Shown one piece after another: positions 11,935 to 25,130 of a DNA stretch of 64,000 nt. The stretch lies in the NCBI GenBank assembly GCA_951406725.2, contig OX597830.1, positions 18,538,001 to 18,602,000 on the forward strand. The letters are read 5' to 3'. The notes under the pieces were generated by a model that was not told the origin of the DNA, searched no databases, and saw only the letters and a list, made by a program, of their open reading frames with translations. Within the stretch, counting starts at the first letter, position 1. The number at the start of each line of letters is the position of its first letter. Source of the stretch: Octopus vulgaris. Taxonomy: Eukaryota. Both the position numbers and the translations under genes were made by a program.

Positions 11935-13164
11935 TGTTGTTGCTGCTGCTGCTGATGATGATCAATAACAATTTACCATGATCATCTTTCCCTCTATTTA
12001 GGCATAATATACCTAAGACTAAAATAGCCAGTGTGTGCTTTCATTTATTTATTTATTTTGTATTTTTTTCAGGCCTGTAAGTTGTGATGTTTCTAGCAAC
12101 TTGGATAGGGCCCCTTTTTGGTTAATCTAGGTTGGGATGAACCATAGAGAGAGAAATAAGCAGAATAAGGGACAGAGAGAGGAGGTGGGGAGATACACCC
12201 ACCTTTGGAGAGCAGCAAGTAGATTTAGTTAAGGCTAGCATGAAGTCATGTTCAGTCAAGCAGATATTAGGGTCCTAATGGTAGTAATAATAGTAACAGT
12301 GGTGGTGGTGGTGATAGTAGTAGTAGTAGTAGTAATGGTGGTGGCTGCAAGAAAATACTATGCTCAATGGCATGTCAAAGGTTGCAGGGTGTTGCTTTAA
12401 TATGTATGGGCCTTTACTCAAGGAGATGGCTTGTTCTTAGCCACCCCAACCTACCACCACGACCACCACCACCAAAGGAAAAAAAAAACACTGAAATGCA
12501 CTTGCTCCCTTTCTGCCCTTCCTCTTCCACACACTCACTCAATGTCATTATGAGAGAGGAGGAGTAGGAGGAGGAGGAGGAGTTAACCAAAGATCTTCCC
12601 AGATCTTTTGTCTTGACAGAAATGATGTTTTCTTCATCAGTTAAATTTGCTACAAGTTGTCATGGTGAGTGCTATAGCATAACTTTACCAGCCACCCCCA
12701 GCTGACTACGTCCCCACCCAAGACCCCATCCCATTTACACACACACACACACAACACACAAACATATACATGTATGTATTTATTTTCTGTTTGCCTTTGA
12801 ACAATTTTATGGGAAAATAATTCAAAACTTGAAACATAGGCAAAAGTAAGGGTGGCTGTGATTGTGTTGTTATTGCTAACAGCAGCAGCAGCAGTAATAG
12901 TAGTAGTAGTTGTAGAAGTAGTAGTAGTAGTAGTAGTGATTGTGGTAGTAAAAGAAGCATAAGTGGTGGTGGTGGTGGTGGTATTATGATATATTTTTCT
13001 TTTACATTGCATTTGGTGAACAATCATCACTGGTCCCTTGCTTCTCTGACTGCAACAGTTTAAGGGATTGCAGAACAAATATCACAAGGGGAAATGTTGC
13101 TCAAAAAGCACATTTTAATAAAGGTTGGATGGTTGTTGTTTGGATGATTTTTTAAAAAAGTTTA

Positions 13165-13322
13165 GGAGTGGGTGTGTGGTAAGTAGCTTGTTTACGAACT
13201 ACACGATTCCAGGTTCAGTCCCACTGCTTGGCACCTTGGGAAAGTTCAAGTGTCTTGTACTATAGCCTCCAGCCGACCAAAGCCTTGTGAGTGGCTTTGG
13301 TCGGCTGGAAGGCTATGTACAA

Positions 13323-13377
<55 letters not shown>

Positions 13378-13600
13378 ATGTTTTGTGTGTATGTTTGTGT
13401 GTCTGTGTTTGTCCCCCTTACCCTAACATCACTTGACAACCGATGGTGGTATGTTTACATCCCCATCACTTAGCGGTTCGGCAAGAGAGACTGATAGAAT
13501 AAGTACTAGGCTTACAAAGAATAAGTCCTGGGGTGAATTTGCTCGACTGAAGGCGGTGCTCCAGCATGGCTGCAGTCAAATGTCTGAAACATAAAAGAAC
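13165..13600 (+). mobile_element. Family A SINE
   Basis: Full head-microsatellite-tail structure; an older inverted copy follows at ~13640-13885. Confidence 0.85.
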
Positions 13601-14419
13601 AAATTCATTGCAGATATGCAAAGAAACTTATTCTATAAGTTTCTTTTGCCAAACTGCTAAGTTTATGAGGACATAAACAGACCAACACCGGTTGTCAAGT
13701 GGAAGTTGGGGACAAACACAAAGATACACATGCACATTCATCTACAAAATCCACACATGTGGCTTTGGTTGGCCTCAGGCTATAGTAGAAGATATTTGTT
13801 CAAGATGTTATGCAGTGGGACTGAAACCAGAACCCTCTGGTTTGGAAGCAACCACATAGTTCCATGTTCAGCTACACCTGCACCTACAGAAAATGTATTG
13901 GCCAGTAAAACCTAAACTAAATGTATACAAATTAGATGGCTTCATTGATTTGGGTAAATTACTGTAAAAATGATGCTAATAACTTTCATTTGGTCAGATC
14001 ACTCAAAACTGTTGTATAAACCAGAAGGTATTTGAAGTCAAGCTTCTTAAAAATGTACCAAAATGCGTATAAATATACAAAGCACAGATTTGTATAGGTG
14101 GAAGCATAACTATATGGTAGAGAAGTTGTTTTGGTTAAAAGTTTGGTACTACTGTAGAAGACACCTTGGGCAATGTCTTGAACTATATAGCCTCTGGCAA
14201 ACCAAAGCTTTGTGAGTAGATAAGATAAAAGAGACCTAAGGGAGATTGTTGTTGGAAGGGCATAACAGCTGAAGCAGACATTGGAGCTTGATGTAATCCC
14301 CCTGTGCACTGAATCATGTCAAACTGTCCAGCTCATGGCAACATGGAAGGCAGATATTGAATGGTGATGAAGATACATATACACGTGTGTGTGTGTGTAT
14401 ATATATATGCATGTGTGTA

Positions 14420-14461
<42 letters not shown>

Positions 14462-14466
<5 letters not shown>

Positions 14467-14621
14467 CAAAATGGGACAAGAACGCAAAACATCCGGACAG
14501 CTAGGTGATACAAAAAGGGATAACAAAACATCCAGATAGGCGATACAAGGAAAACAAGGACGGGTCATTCGAAGTTTTCTATCATCAGTGAAGCACCAGA
14601 TTATCCTCACAATTTCGGCTG
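14462..14621 (-). mobile_element. Short Penelope-like terminal fragment in (TA)n
   Basis: Bounded by (TA)n; internal tandem duplication CAAAACATCC; minus strand CTGATGA...CGAAT is a weak hammerhead-like motif. Confidence 0.4.
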
Positions 14622-14644
14622 ATATATATACGTTTGTGTGCATG

Positions 14645-14678
<34 letters not shown>

Positions 14679-15913
14679 CATGTATATATGGTGAAGGCGT
14701 GATGCTTAGTGGTTAGGGAATTTGGCTCTATCATAAGATTGTGAGTTCAATTCCTGGTGACACATTGTATCCTTGAGCAAGACGCTTTATTTCACGTTGC
14801 TCCAGTCCACTCAGCTGGCAAAAATGAGTAGTACCTGTATTTCAAGGGGCCAGCCTTGTCATATTCTGTGTCATGCTGAATCTCCCTGAGATATATATAT
14901 ATTTTGTTGCCCTTTTCAAGCCTAGCCAGGCTCATAAGCCCGGTTGCCCGGTTTCTGTGGCGTATGGGTTCCCCCCAGCTGGACAGGACACCAGTCCATC
15001 GCAGGAAGAGAGAGTGAGAGAAGGTTGTGGTGAAAGAGTACAACAGTTTGTTTTTATGTTTTTGCTTTTATGTTTTCGTTTCTCATTGTGTTCACCGTTG
15101 TTTTGAGGTCCTGTACCCATATATGCATGTATATATACAAATAGATGTAGTTATGTACATATATGTATGTATATATGCATATATTTATATATTATTTTTG
15201 TATGTATGTATGTATTTATGTGTCACTGTTTGTCCCCCACCATTGCTTGACAATCGATGTTGGTGCACTTATGTCCCTGTAACTTAGCAGTTCAGCAAAA
15301 GAGACTGATAGAATAAGTACAAGGTTTACAAAGAATAAGTCCTGGGGTTGATTTGTTCAACTAAAGGTGGTGCTCCAGCATGGCCACAGTCAAATGACTG
15401 AAACAAGTAAAAGAATAAAAGAACCTGAAATAAAATTTAACCCTAACATATTTTTTCTAGGAAAACGTGGGTTTTTGTTTTCTTCCTCTTTTTGAAAATA
15501 TTTTATTAATTAATAACAGCATCAAGTTAAGCTGACTTTAACTAAAAGCATGACCCGAAACTCCACCCATTGCTAATTTACTTAATTATTTAAATGACGT
15601 TATTTTCTATTCAGTAACTGCTTGTTAGTTTTTTGCAATGTTAGTTTTTCTCAGAAAAAGGATAACAAAGCGTATTAAAAAAAAATAAGAGGGTACCCCT
15701 ATGTTAAATTTCAGCTATCTTGGTAAAAAAACTATAGCCTACAACTCAGAACAAACACACATACACATATTTATTTGCCCATGGTGTTGCACAGAGGTAT
15801 GACCCTAGAACTACATAATTGTGAAGTGAGTTTTGAAACCACATACCCATGCATCCACATAACATATTATGATGGAATTTATAATACTATTAGTTTTGGT
15901 GTTGCTGGTGTAA

Positions 15914-16280
15914 TCTCTATATATATAAATGGCAAAATGTCTGTCTGTGTGTGTCCTTTATACAAATCTACAATTTTTCAGTTAGAGGGCTCGCACTTTC
16001 TATGGGCATTCAAAACCGTCCAAGGGTGGTCGTGCACATCTTTGCATTTCCCCAGTCACCCTGCAAAGCCATTAAAAAATCAATAGAAGTGACTTTTTTT
16101 GTGAATTTTCTATCCAAAACCCAATCAAAATGCCTGAAACTTAATACGCCAATTGAATGCCAGCTAGCTGTATGTGATTGGTCAGAGATTTGGACTGTAC
16201 TCGCATGTATGTGTGCACGCACGCAGCTGTATATGCATGCACTAGCACTATGACCTGGCGTTGCCAGGTCATAGTGCTAG
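15914..16280 (+). mobile_element. Non-autonomous Helitron
   Basis: A|TC 5' end and CTAG|T 3' end with no TSD; 3' hairpin 16241-16281; two more copies at 58510-58873 and 61487-61828. Confidence 0.85.
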
Positions 16281-16746
16281 TTTTAATTAAGAAACACTAT
16301 TTTCACTACATTATGTACATTAGCTTCTGTTTAGTTATATGTTCTACTTGCAATGGTATCTCTGGGAAGTTTTTTTCCTGGTCTTTAACTGATGTATGGT
16401 TTGATGGTTTGTGACTCCTATCTGGAGAGATTACTATTGGTAATAGCCATAGAAATTGTTGTTTAACCCCAAGGCATCCCCATCTATAATGCTGCTCTAG
16501 TTGAGATCATTCCATTTTTGTTATTCATGTGTTTCCTTCCTTTTTTTTTAAGATGGTAGAAAACTGATTTAAAGGAGATATAGCTGTTATTTCCAGCAGG
16601 TTGAGCAACAACATAGAGAGTCCCTCATCGTCATAAGTAGTAACAGAACATTGGAAGCTATATACCTAATACACCCATGTAACATTCAACATCCTCAAAA
16701 AAATCATATACCATAACATACTACACAGTCCAATTACATAACAGGA

Positions 16747-16782
<36 letters not shown>

Positions 16783-17842
16783 AGAAAGAGACGGAGAAAG
16801 ATTTGTGTTGTTTCATAGTTACTGAAGTTATTAGAACAAACATGTACAGTGTTATTTCTTTTGATTTTATTATTTTGTAAGAAACAAGCTGGATACAGAA
16901 GGAAAAGACATCAACACACAAGTCCAAAGTGTCTTGTAATACGTCTATATACTCTGGATGAATTGTATCACATGGTATACTCGACCAACTCAATTCGGTT
17001 CAAAATAAACTGCACATCACTGCAGTTGACTGAGAAGAGGCTGCCGAAAACAAATTTCTTTATGATTAGCTTACATCACAAGTTGTGAAGCAACGGTTTT
17101 CTACAAAAACCATGCAGGTGGCAACCGATCAGAACCCAGAGACATGCAGCTACTACAGCAAAAAATAATATCATTGTACAAAGCCTAATGTTTTCACATA
17201 TACATCAGGCAGAGCCAAGTGGTTAAGAAGCTAACTTTGCAGCCACATGGTTGGTCTTGGGGTACATCTTACAGTGTGGTACCCAAGGAAAGTGTCTTCT
17301 GCTATAACATTGGGCTGACCGATGCCTTGTGAGTGAATCTGATAGGTAGAAATTGTGTTTGTACCTCCAGTGATTGACAACTGCTGTTGAGTTGTCTATG
17401 TCCCTCTAACTTAGTGGTTTGGCAAAGGTAACCAATAGAGTAAGTACCAGACATAAAAATAAGTATTGGTGCCATGAAAAAAGCACGAGGTACACTCTGA
17501 GGAGTGAGTGGCATGAGGAAGGGCATCCTGCCGTAGAAACCAAGCAAAAACAGACTATGGAACCTAGTGTGGCCCCTGGCCTTGCCAGTTCCAGTGAAGC
17601 CATCCAACCAATGTGAACATGGGAAACATTAAATGTTGAGGACGATGATGATGACTGGGGTTGATTTGACCAACTAAACCATTCAATATAGTGTCCCAGC
17701 ATGGCTGCAGTCAAAAGATTGAACCCAACAAAAAGATAAATGATATGATAAAAGATGCGATTCCAAAACAGATTCATTGAATAGGAGCTTGGGTATTAAT
17801 AAATGGAACAAACTTTTAAAAGCCTCACTTGAAACAATCTTA

Positions 17843-18051
17843 TTTTTTATTGCCCACAAGAGGATATACATAGAAGGGACAAACAAGGACAGACAAAGGG
17901 ATTAAGTGTGTAACTGGTACTTAATATATCGACCCCGAAAGGATGAAAGGCAAAGTCGACCTTGGCAGAATTTGAACTCAGAACGTAATGGCAGACGAGA
18001 TACCGCTAAGCATTTCGCCGGCATGCTAATGTTTATGCCAGCTTGCTGCCT
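17843..18051 (-). mobile_element. Family B SINE (GCAATAAA-tail variant)
   Basis: TSD TCACTTGAAACAATCTTA at 17825-17842 and 18052-18069. Confidence 0.85.
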
Positions 18052-18733
18052 TCACTTGAAACAATCTTAATAGATGGAAAGCAAGCTTTCAAAGGTTAAG
18101 TTGATATAGCTTACCATTCTCAAAGTTGCTGATACAGTAAACGATTAATTGGTTTGTTTGGTTTGTTGGACCTTACTTTGAGTCCATACATCCAACAAGG
18201 TTATTGTTCCTAAATGCATCTAATATTTAAAAAATATTTATTATGAAGATATGAAAGTCTTTCGTCATATCCTTATGATTTGGTCACTGATGTTTTACAT
18301 AACAGTATCATCTACAACTGTGCTCTGATTCCATGTTGGGGTTATAACATCTCTAGAGTTCCAAATGCACTGAAGTGAATGAGACTCAATTAGGTCAACA
18401 TCATTATACAGTTCTATTTTCTAGGCTGTGTTCATTTGAATTACAGAATGATCTATATTCTCAACGGGGGCCATAGCACCAAAGTTATTTTAGTGCAAGG
18501 CTAGATATATATTAATACAATGAATTGTATAAACAAATTGCAGGTGCAGCGTTTCAGCTAGAATAGATGAGACTATATCACAGCATAGCGCATACACGCT
18601 TGAAGTGCAGGCATGGCTGCATGTGTAAGTTTATTTTGCAACCCCATGACTTCAGGTTCAATCCCACTTTGTGAGATTTGCACAATGCCTAGAGAGTGAA
18701 ATTTGGGTAACAGAATCTCTATAGAAGTCTCCA

Positions 18734-18795
<62 letters not shown>

Positions 18796-19562
18796 GTGTG
18801 TGTGTAAGGCTGTGAGCTGGCAAAATTGTTAGCACATCGAGTGAAACGCTTAGTAGTATTTCACTATCATTATGTTCTGAGTTCAAATTCTGGTGAGGTT
18901 GACTTTGGTTTTCATCCTTTCGGGGTCAATAAAATAAGTACCAGTTGAGTACCGAGGCTGATATAATTAATTGATTTAATTACTCCTGGGTTTCTGTATA
19001 AAAAACTGTACCCCTCTGCCAAGCCATATCGAACCAGTGTGGAAGAGTTAGCTCATCAAACCAGAGTGATCAGAACCTCAAATTCATGGCCTCCACTACA
19101 GACTGAGGTTGTGTGCATTTGTCCTGCAGTGGACAGTAAAATGAGCAATCCAATTCAATTCAGTGCGTGTGTGTGTGTGTAGATGTAAGTATGGTTTATA
19201 GGCACAGGTATAGCTGTGACATTTTAGAAGTTTGCTTTGCAACCATATGGTTTTGGGTTTAGTCCCACTAAGGCAAGTGGCCTGTGGCCAAATCTTCTAC
19301 TAAAGTCCTTGGGCAACCAATGCCTACTTTTAGTAAAATTGGTAGATAGTGAAACTGGTTCAAGATATGTTGGCATAGAATAAAGTATCTTATTTGAAAA
19401 CAAAGGTTAGCACCAAGAAAGGCATCAGGCCACAGAATATTATTTGAAGAAGTTTCTTCCAGCCCATGTTAGTATGGGAAAAGCAAATATAAAGATGAGG
19501 ATGGCGACAATGATAACCTTGTTGGATTTTGAGCTAACCAGTTTCAGTCAGAGGACTGTGGC

Positions 19563-19694
19563 CATGGTTCCAGGTTCATTCCCACTGTGTGGCACCTTGG
19601 ACAAGTGTCTTCTACTATAGTCTTGGGCCGATCAAAGCCTTGTGAGTAGATTTGGTGTAGACGGAAACTGAAGGACACCTGTCATATATATGTA

Positions 19695-19740
<46 letters not shown>

Positions 19741-19810
19741 TACATATATACATACATATATACATACATACATACATATATACATATATACATACATATA
19801 TACATACATA

Positions 19811-19863
<53 letters not shown>

Positions 19864-19869
19864 GTATAC

Positions 19870-19966
<97 letters not shown>

Positions 19967-20262
19967 TATATATATATATGCATATATATATATATGCATA
20001 TATATATATATATATATATACATATATACATATATATAAGTGTGTGTGTGTGTATTTATTTGTGTGTCTGTGTTTGTCTCCCCAACATCGCTTGATAACC
20101 GATGGTGGTGTGTTTACGTCCCCGTAACTTAGCAGTTTGGCAAAAGAGACCGATAGAATAAGCACTAGGCTTACAAAGAATAAGTCCTGGGGTCGATTTG
20201 CTCCGACTAAAGGTGGTGCTCCAGCATGGCCGCAGTCAAATGACTGAAACAAGTAAAAGAGT
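19563..20262 (+). mobile_element. Family A SINE with greatly expanded central (TA/CA)n microsatellite
   Basis: SINE 5' half 19563-19683, simple repeat ~19684-20070, SINE 3' half to 20262. Confidence 0.9.
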
Positions 20263-20426
20263 TTCAGCATTTTAACCTGTGTACTAACGATTCTGCCAGC
20301 TCACTGCCTTATTATTATTCTAACGACAACAAGAATAATAATAACAACAATGTCAACACGGGTATTATATCAGTTTTATTTTTATTATTGCAGGTGCTAT
20401 GTATTACATGCATGCATTTACCAAAA

Positions 20427-20514
20427 ATGTCCGAAGAAAACAGGAGTACAACTCATATAAAGACTGAAGCTGAAAGCACTGAAGGCGTGGAACCTCATGC
20501 ATCGAGCCAAAATG
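20427..20514 (+). CDS. Probable first coding exon (exon 20394-20514) of an unidentified host gene; MSEENRSTTHIKTEAESTEGVEPHASSQN, phase-1 donor
   Basis: T-rich acceptor TTTTATTATTGCAG ending at 20393; AAAAATG start context; open non-repetitive frame; consensus donor G|GTAAGT at 20514/20515. Confidence 0.65.
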
Positions 20515-21259
20515 GTAAGTGCACAATTTATTAAATTTAATTTTACCCACGATTCATCATCATCATCATCATCATCATCATAATAATAATCAAAATCCTA
20601 ACAATGTTTGTTTCTCGGTGCAAAAGTAGGTTAGGCAGGTCTATAACATAACATTTCTCTTTGCAATTTAATCCCATGTCATTTCTTCATTTCATCTGAG
20701 ATCCAAATGTTTGCAGACCTGCCCTAACTATTTCTTCCTAAGTCTTCTTTTGTCAGCATTAACCATAAACACCTTCTCTTACCAACTTTTCACTCGGTCT
20801 TTCTCCCTTTCTCAAGGAAGAAAAAAAAAGGGGAAAAAAAAAAAAAAAAAAAGATAAACAATTCTCTCAAGTTTCTAGTCTGGAAATTAGCTTCAGTTCT
20901 AGGACTGAACTGTTTGACATTGATTGTTTTGAAAAATAGCATGAACGTCATTCAATCTCATTAGCATTTCCACCATAAATATAAGGGTGTCACTATGTGT
21001 GTGTGAGGGTGTATGTGTGTATGTCAGGGTGTAAGTGTGTGTGTGTGTGTGTGTGTGTGTCAGGGTGTAAGTGTGTGTGTGTGTGAGTGTGCATATATCT
21101 CAATATATTGTGCAAGCAGGTACCCATCAAGGGTCAGTTTTCAGCATTGATTTGTCCACCAGGTCATGAAAGAAATGTTTTAGATGAAGTGTCTTGAATT
21201 TGTTGATGATTTAGTCTAAAAGTTCCAAGCATGGAAGTAAGACCAAGAACTGAAAGGCT

Positions 21260-21712
21260 TTAACCCTTTCATTACCAACCTGGCTGAAACCGGCTCTGGC
21301 TCTGAGTATAAATGTCTTGTTTCCATAAGTTTTGAATTAAAATCTTCCACCAAACCTTAGTCACAATTTATGTTCCTAACACTAGCTTAATGACACCTAA
21401 GTTATTTTAATAAATTCTTTGTAATATTTAATCCTTTAGTGTTCACATTATTCTGCCAAAATTAATGCTTCTTTACCCACATTGTTTTGAACTAATCATG
21501 CATTATCTTGTAGCTATGAGATTTTGATGAGGTAACTGTTAATTTTTAAAATGATATTGTAGGGTTGGTGTGAGAGACCAGATCTGGCCAGCTTGAATAT
21601 AAAACAGGCAGAATACTTTTGGCCGGATATGGCCAGTTTAAATGCTAAAGGGTTAAAGTAATTGAAAGAAACACAGAGCATCTCAAAATAAATACATTAA
21701 CGAAATGGTTAA
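21260..21712. mobile_element. Family D piggyBac MITE interrupted by a family E MITE (21428-21656)
   Basis: Removing 21432-21656 restores the family D sequence TATTTAAAGTAATTGAAAG; TTAA is duplicated around the insert. Confidence 0.9.
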
Positions 21713-22559
21713 ATTAAACCCAATTATGAAAAGTTTTAGTTTGTTGGAAAGAAGACAAATTTTTTCGCATCTAGGAAGTTCATATTTTTATCACTGCCAG
21801 AGAATTGTCTCATCCCCCAGAAGATAGAAGAGAGAGACAAGAGGTGGAGCTGAGAGAAAGAGGATGACAGAGAGAGGAGTACCAGAGTAATAGATGTAAA
21901 AGAGTAATAGAGCAAGTACAGGAAGAGACCGAAAGTGTGGTAGATGGCTACATGATAATTGTTAGTAAGGGAATTCAATAGCAATAATGTGGATGTGTGT
22001 GTGTGCGTATTATGTACATTATATATTAACATAGGTTTCGCACAGATGCATATACATACATGCACATATATAATCCTCATTGTTTTAAGTCCACTTGGAC
22101 TGGATGTAAATAAGTAAATTATGCGTGTGCGAAATATACAATAATTTTTTTTAAAAGACAAAAAAAAGAACGCAGCTCCAATAATGGACAGAATCAACAT
22201 CCGTTGATAATGTTGCAAAAGCAACAAAAATTTTGGAAGAAAAATATGAATACTAAATGAGTGGAAATGGAACCAGTGAGTGTGTTAGATAATAAGGCAT
22301 TAAGACAATATGACTGTTCCCCAGACACAACATAATTTGCTTCAACACACAAATCCACATAAAGAATCTTGCAAACCTGATACACAGACGAAGTAAAAAA
22401 AAAAAAAAAATTCTTTTAGCATACAATTCATACTTGTGTGCAAGATAGCCACAATAGCTAAAAGATATATACTGAAATCACTTAATTTATCACAAAATTA
22501 ATCTATAAGTAATTTAGTCACCAAGAGTTCTCAACTGAGTAGAGTCAGCAAATAACAGT

Positions 22560-22967
22560 TTCATACTTTGATACATGACCAGCAGTTTTTAAGGGGAGGG
22601 GGAAGTCAGTCACATCAACCTCCATACTTGACTGGTACTTATTTTGTCAACCCCAAAAATATGAAAGGCAAAGTTGACTTCAGCAGAATTTGAACTCATA
22701 ACGTAAAAGGTGGATGAAATGCCACATTTTACCTGGCAAGCTAACAATTCTGCCAGTTCGCCACCTTAATAATAATAATAATAATCCTGAAATTTGTGGG
22801 GAGGGGACTAGTTGATTACATCATCCCCAGTGTTTCACTGGTACTTAATTTATCAACCATGAAAGGATGTTAGGCACAGTCGACCTTGGCAAAATTTGAA
22901 CTCGGAATGGGTAAAATATTGCTAAGCATTTCATTCAGTATGCTAACGATCCTGCCAGTTCACCACC

Positions 22968-23020
<53 letters not shown>

Positions 23021-23355
23021 TAATTCTTTTATTGGCCACAAGGGCTGACAAAAATTAATTATAACATAAAAGGACAAAACACAGGATGGAAAGTTACAAA
23101 GGGTTTTGTCCGTTTGTAAAAATTCGTAACAATAATAATGGTTTCAAAATTTGACACAGGACCAGCAGTTTTTGAGGGGAGGAAGAAGTCAGATACATCA
23201 ACCCCTGTACTTGACTGGTACTTAGTTTATCAAGCCCAAAAAGATGAAAGGCAAAGTTGACTCCAGTGGAATTTGAACACAGAATGTAAAAACAGACAAA
23301 ATGTTTAGCAGCATTTAGTCTGATGTGTTAATAGTTCTGCCAGCTTGCTGCCTTA
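22560..23355 (-). mobile_element. Cluster of three older family B-related SINEs with (TAA)n tracts
   Basis: Three recurrences of GGTACTT...GAAAGGCAAAGTTGAC...GAATTTGAAC...CTGCCAG...CCTT. Confidence 0.8.
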
Positions 23356-23900
23356 GAATCAACAAATAGTATTCAACATGTGTTGTTTCATTATCACTGA
23401 TTCAAGACTGCTTGCTTGCTTTGGAAAGAAAAAAAGGAAAAGGAAAAAGAAACCTCGTGTCCCAGTTTATGAATTCATTTATATAACAGTCCTTCTTCTT
23501 GACTTAAGAAATGTTTTTTTTTTAAATCTCCACAAAAGTTTTTGAGAGAACATCTACAAGCCGAAGTTTTTAGGCTTCCTAGACGATAATTTGTTCACCT
23601 ATCAGATAAATATAAATAAATGAGTAAGCTTTTACATGTAATTTACTCTTCTCTTCCACTCATGCTTGGTATCCTGTTGATTCAGAATATTAGTTAAGTA
23701 AATCAATTACTATATTTTAATCTATTTCATAGCTTTACAATAATGATAACATGAAAATTTGGTCAACCAATTACTCAGTTAAGAGAATAGTCCTATAGCA
23801 TGTAGGTAAATGACTGAGCAACCAGGTGCGATCAACAGATCCAGTGCAGCAAATACATTATGCCCCTATCAAGCCAAGCCCCATACTGCATATTCTGATT

Positions 23901-24180
23901 CCTGCTCCAGAGTGTCAGCTGCGGGGTCATTCCGAAAAGCTCTACCTGCGATGATTTCATCTCGATCAAAGGAGAGGAGCTTTCTCCGTCCGGGTTGCGG
24001 ATCCGTGGAACAAGCTGCCAGACGAGATGGTGAAGATGCCGACGACCGCTTTATTCAAAGTCTCCCTTGACCTCAAGTGGCCTGAACTCTTTACATGAAC
24101 ACCACCCTGTACATATCTCCATGTCCCCCTACATGGCCTTGCTTTTTGCTTTTTGAGCCAAAAATTAACTAACTAACTAA
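23901..24180 (+). mobile_element. 3' end of a CR1/L2-group LINE
   Basis: Frame from 23901 reads LRGHSEKLYLR*FHLDQRRGAFSVRVADPWNKLPDEMVKMPTTALFKVSLD (RGH..KL / FSxRV..WNxLP / FK..LD signature); stop at 24096-24098; (AACT)n tail ~24166-24180. Confidence 0.85.
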
Positions 24181-24449
24181 ATTGCTATCTAAGCAAGTTG
24201 CATTTCTGTTTCTATATAATTGCATGTTCTCATATTGGCCAAAATAAAAAGTTAGCAAAATGAATTCAATCAGAATGCATTAACTGATGCATTCTTGCAT
24301 TATTTTTGTGGGGTGCAACCTAATTCAGTGCTTGCTGCTGAGAAAGTTATTGAATGCTGGTGCAATGTCTATACAAAACTGAGATAATCTATGATGGATT
24401 TTAGATGACATGGCTAAGTTTTGACAATTATTGACCCAAGAATAGTCAT

Positions 24450-24558
24450 ATTTTAGATCATCATAATCCACTCTAGTATGGAGCTGCTGTTTGCTGAGAT
24501 GTGTCCACGTATCAGTGGTTTGGTATTTCTTGGAGGAATTTGTCCAGATACCTTCTGA
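24450..24558 (-). mobile_element. Decayed 3' end of a second CR1-like LINE
   Basis: Minus strand FRRYLDKFLQEIP, frameshift, PLIRGHISANSSSILEW resembles CR1-group ORF2 C-termini. Confidence 0.5.
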
Positions 24559-24874
24559 AATGTTATGAAGTAAAGTTTTTTTTGGCATATTTAAAAAAAA
24601 TGTTTTAAAGTGAAACTGACTTAAAAAAAATATGGTAGATATTTCGTAAAAGACCCATTTGTAACCTCGGTGTAAAATAGTTTTTTCCCCCATAGGATTT
24701 TTTCAAGTGCATTCAATGTATCTCACCCCCAAAGATTTGGCTGCTATTTCTAGTATGCCCTGCTACCACATAACAGCTATTTGCAATAAAGGACCCGAAA
24801 TACCTGTTACGTGGTAACAGGGCATGCAAGAAATAGCAGCCAAATCTTTCCTTTTCTGGGGAAAGGAGCCATTT

Positions 24875-25091
24875 ACGCATGATTTGGCAGAAGAGTTAGC
24901 ATACCAAATAAAATGCTTCTCAGCATTTCATTCGTCCTTATGTTCTGAGTTCAAATTCCACTGATGTCAACTTTGCTTTCCTCCTTTCGGGGAACACTTG
25001 GGTTGATATAAGCCTCTCAAATGGGGTCAATGTAATAAAGTAGCCTCCCTCCACCCACCCAATTTCAGGTCTTGTGCTTATAGTAGAGAGA

Positions 25092-25130
<39 letters not shown>

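Noticed and set aside
12650-13078. Poly-Thr/Leu/Pro ORFs
   Set aside because: Translations of (TAG)n, (TGG)n and (CAG)n microsatellites; no splice or domain support.
19615-20270. Long YI/IY-rich ORFs in six frames (also 31742-32798, 44641-45567, 57221-57545)
   Set aside because: Dinucleotide and tetranucleotide repeats lack stop codons; not coding.
23810-24070. 86-aa GC-rich ORF as a host exon
   Set aside because: A different frame gives clear CR1-type LINE motifs.
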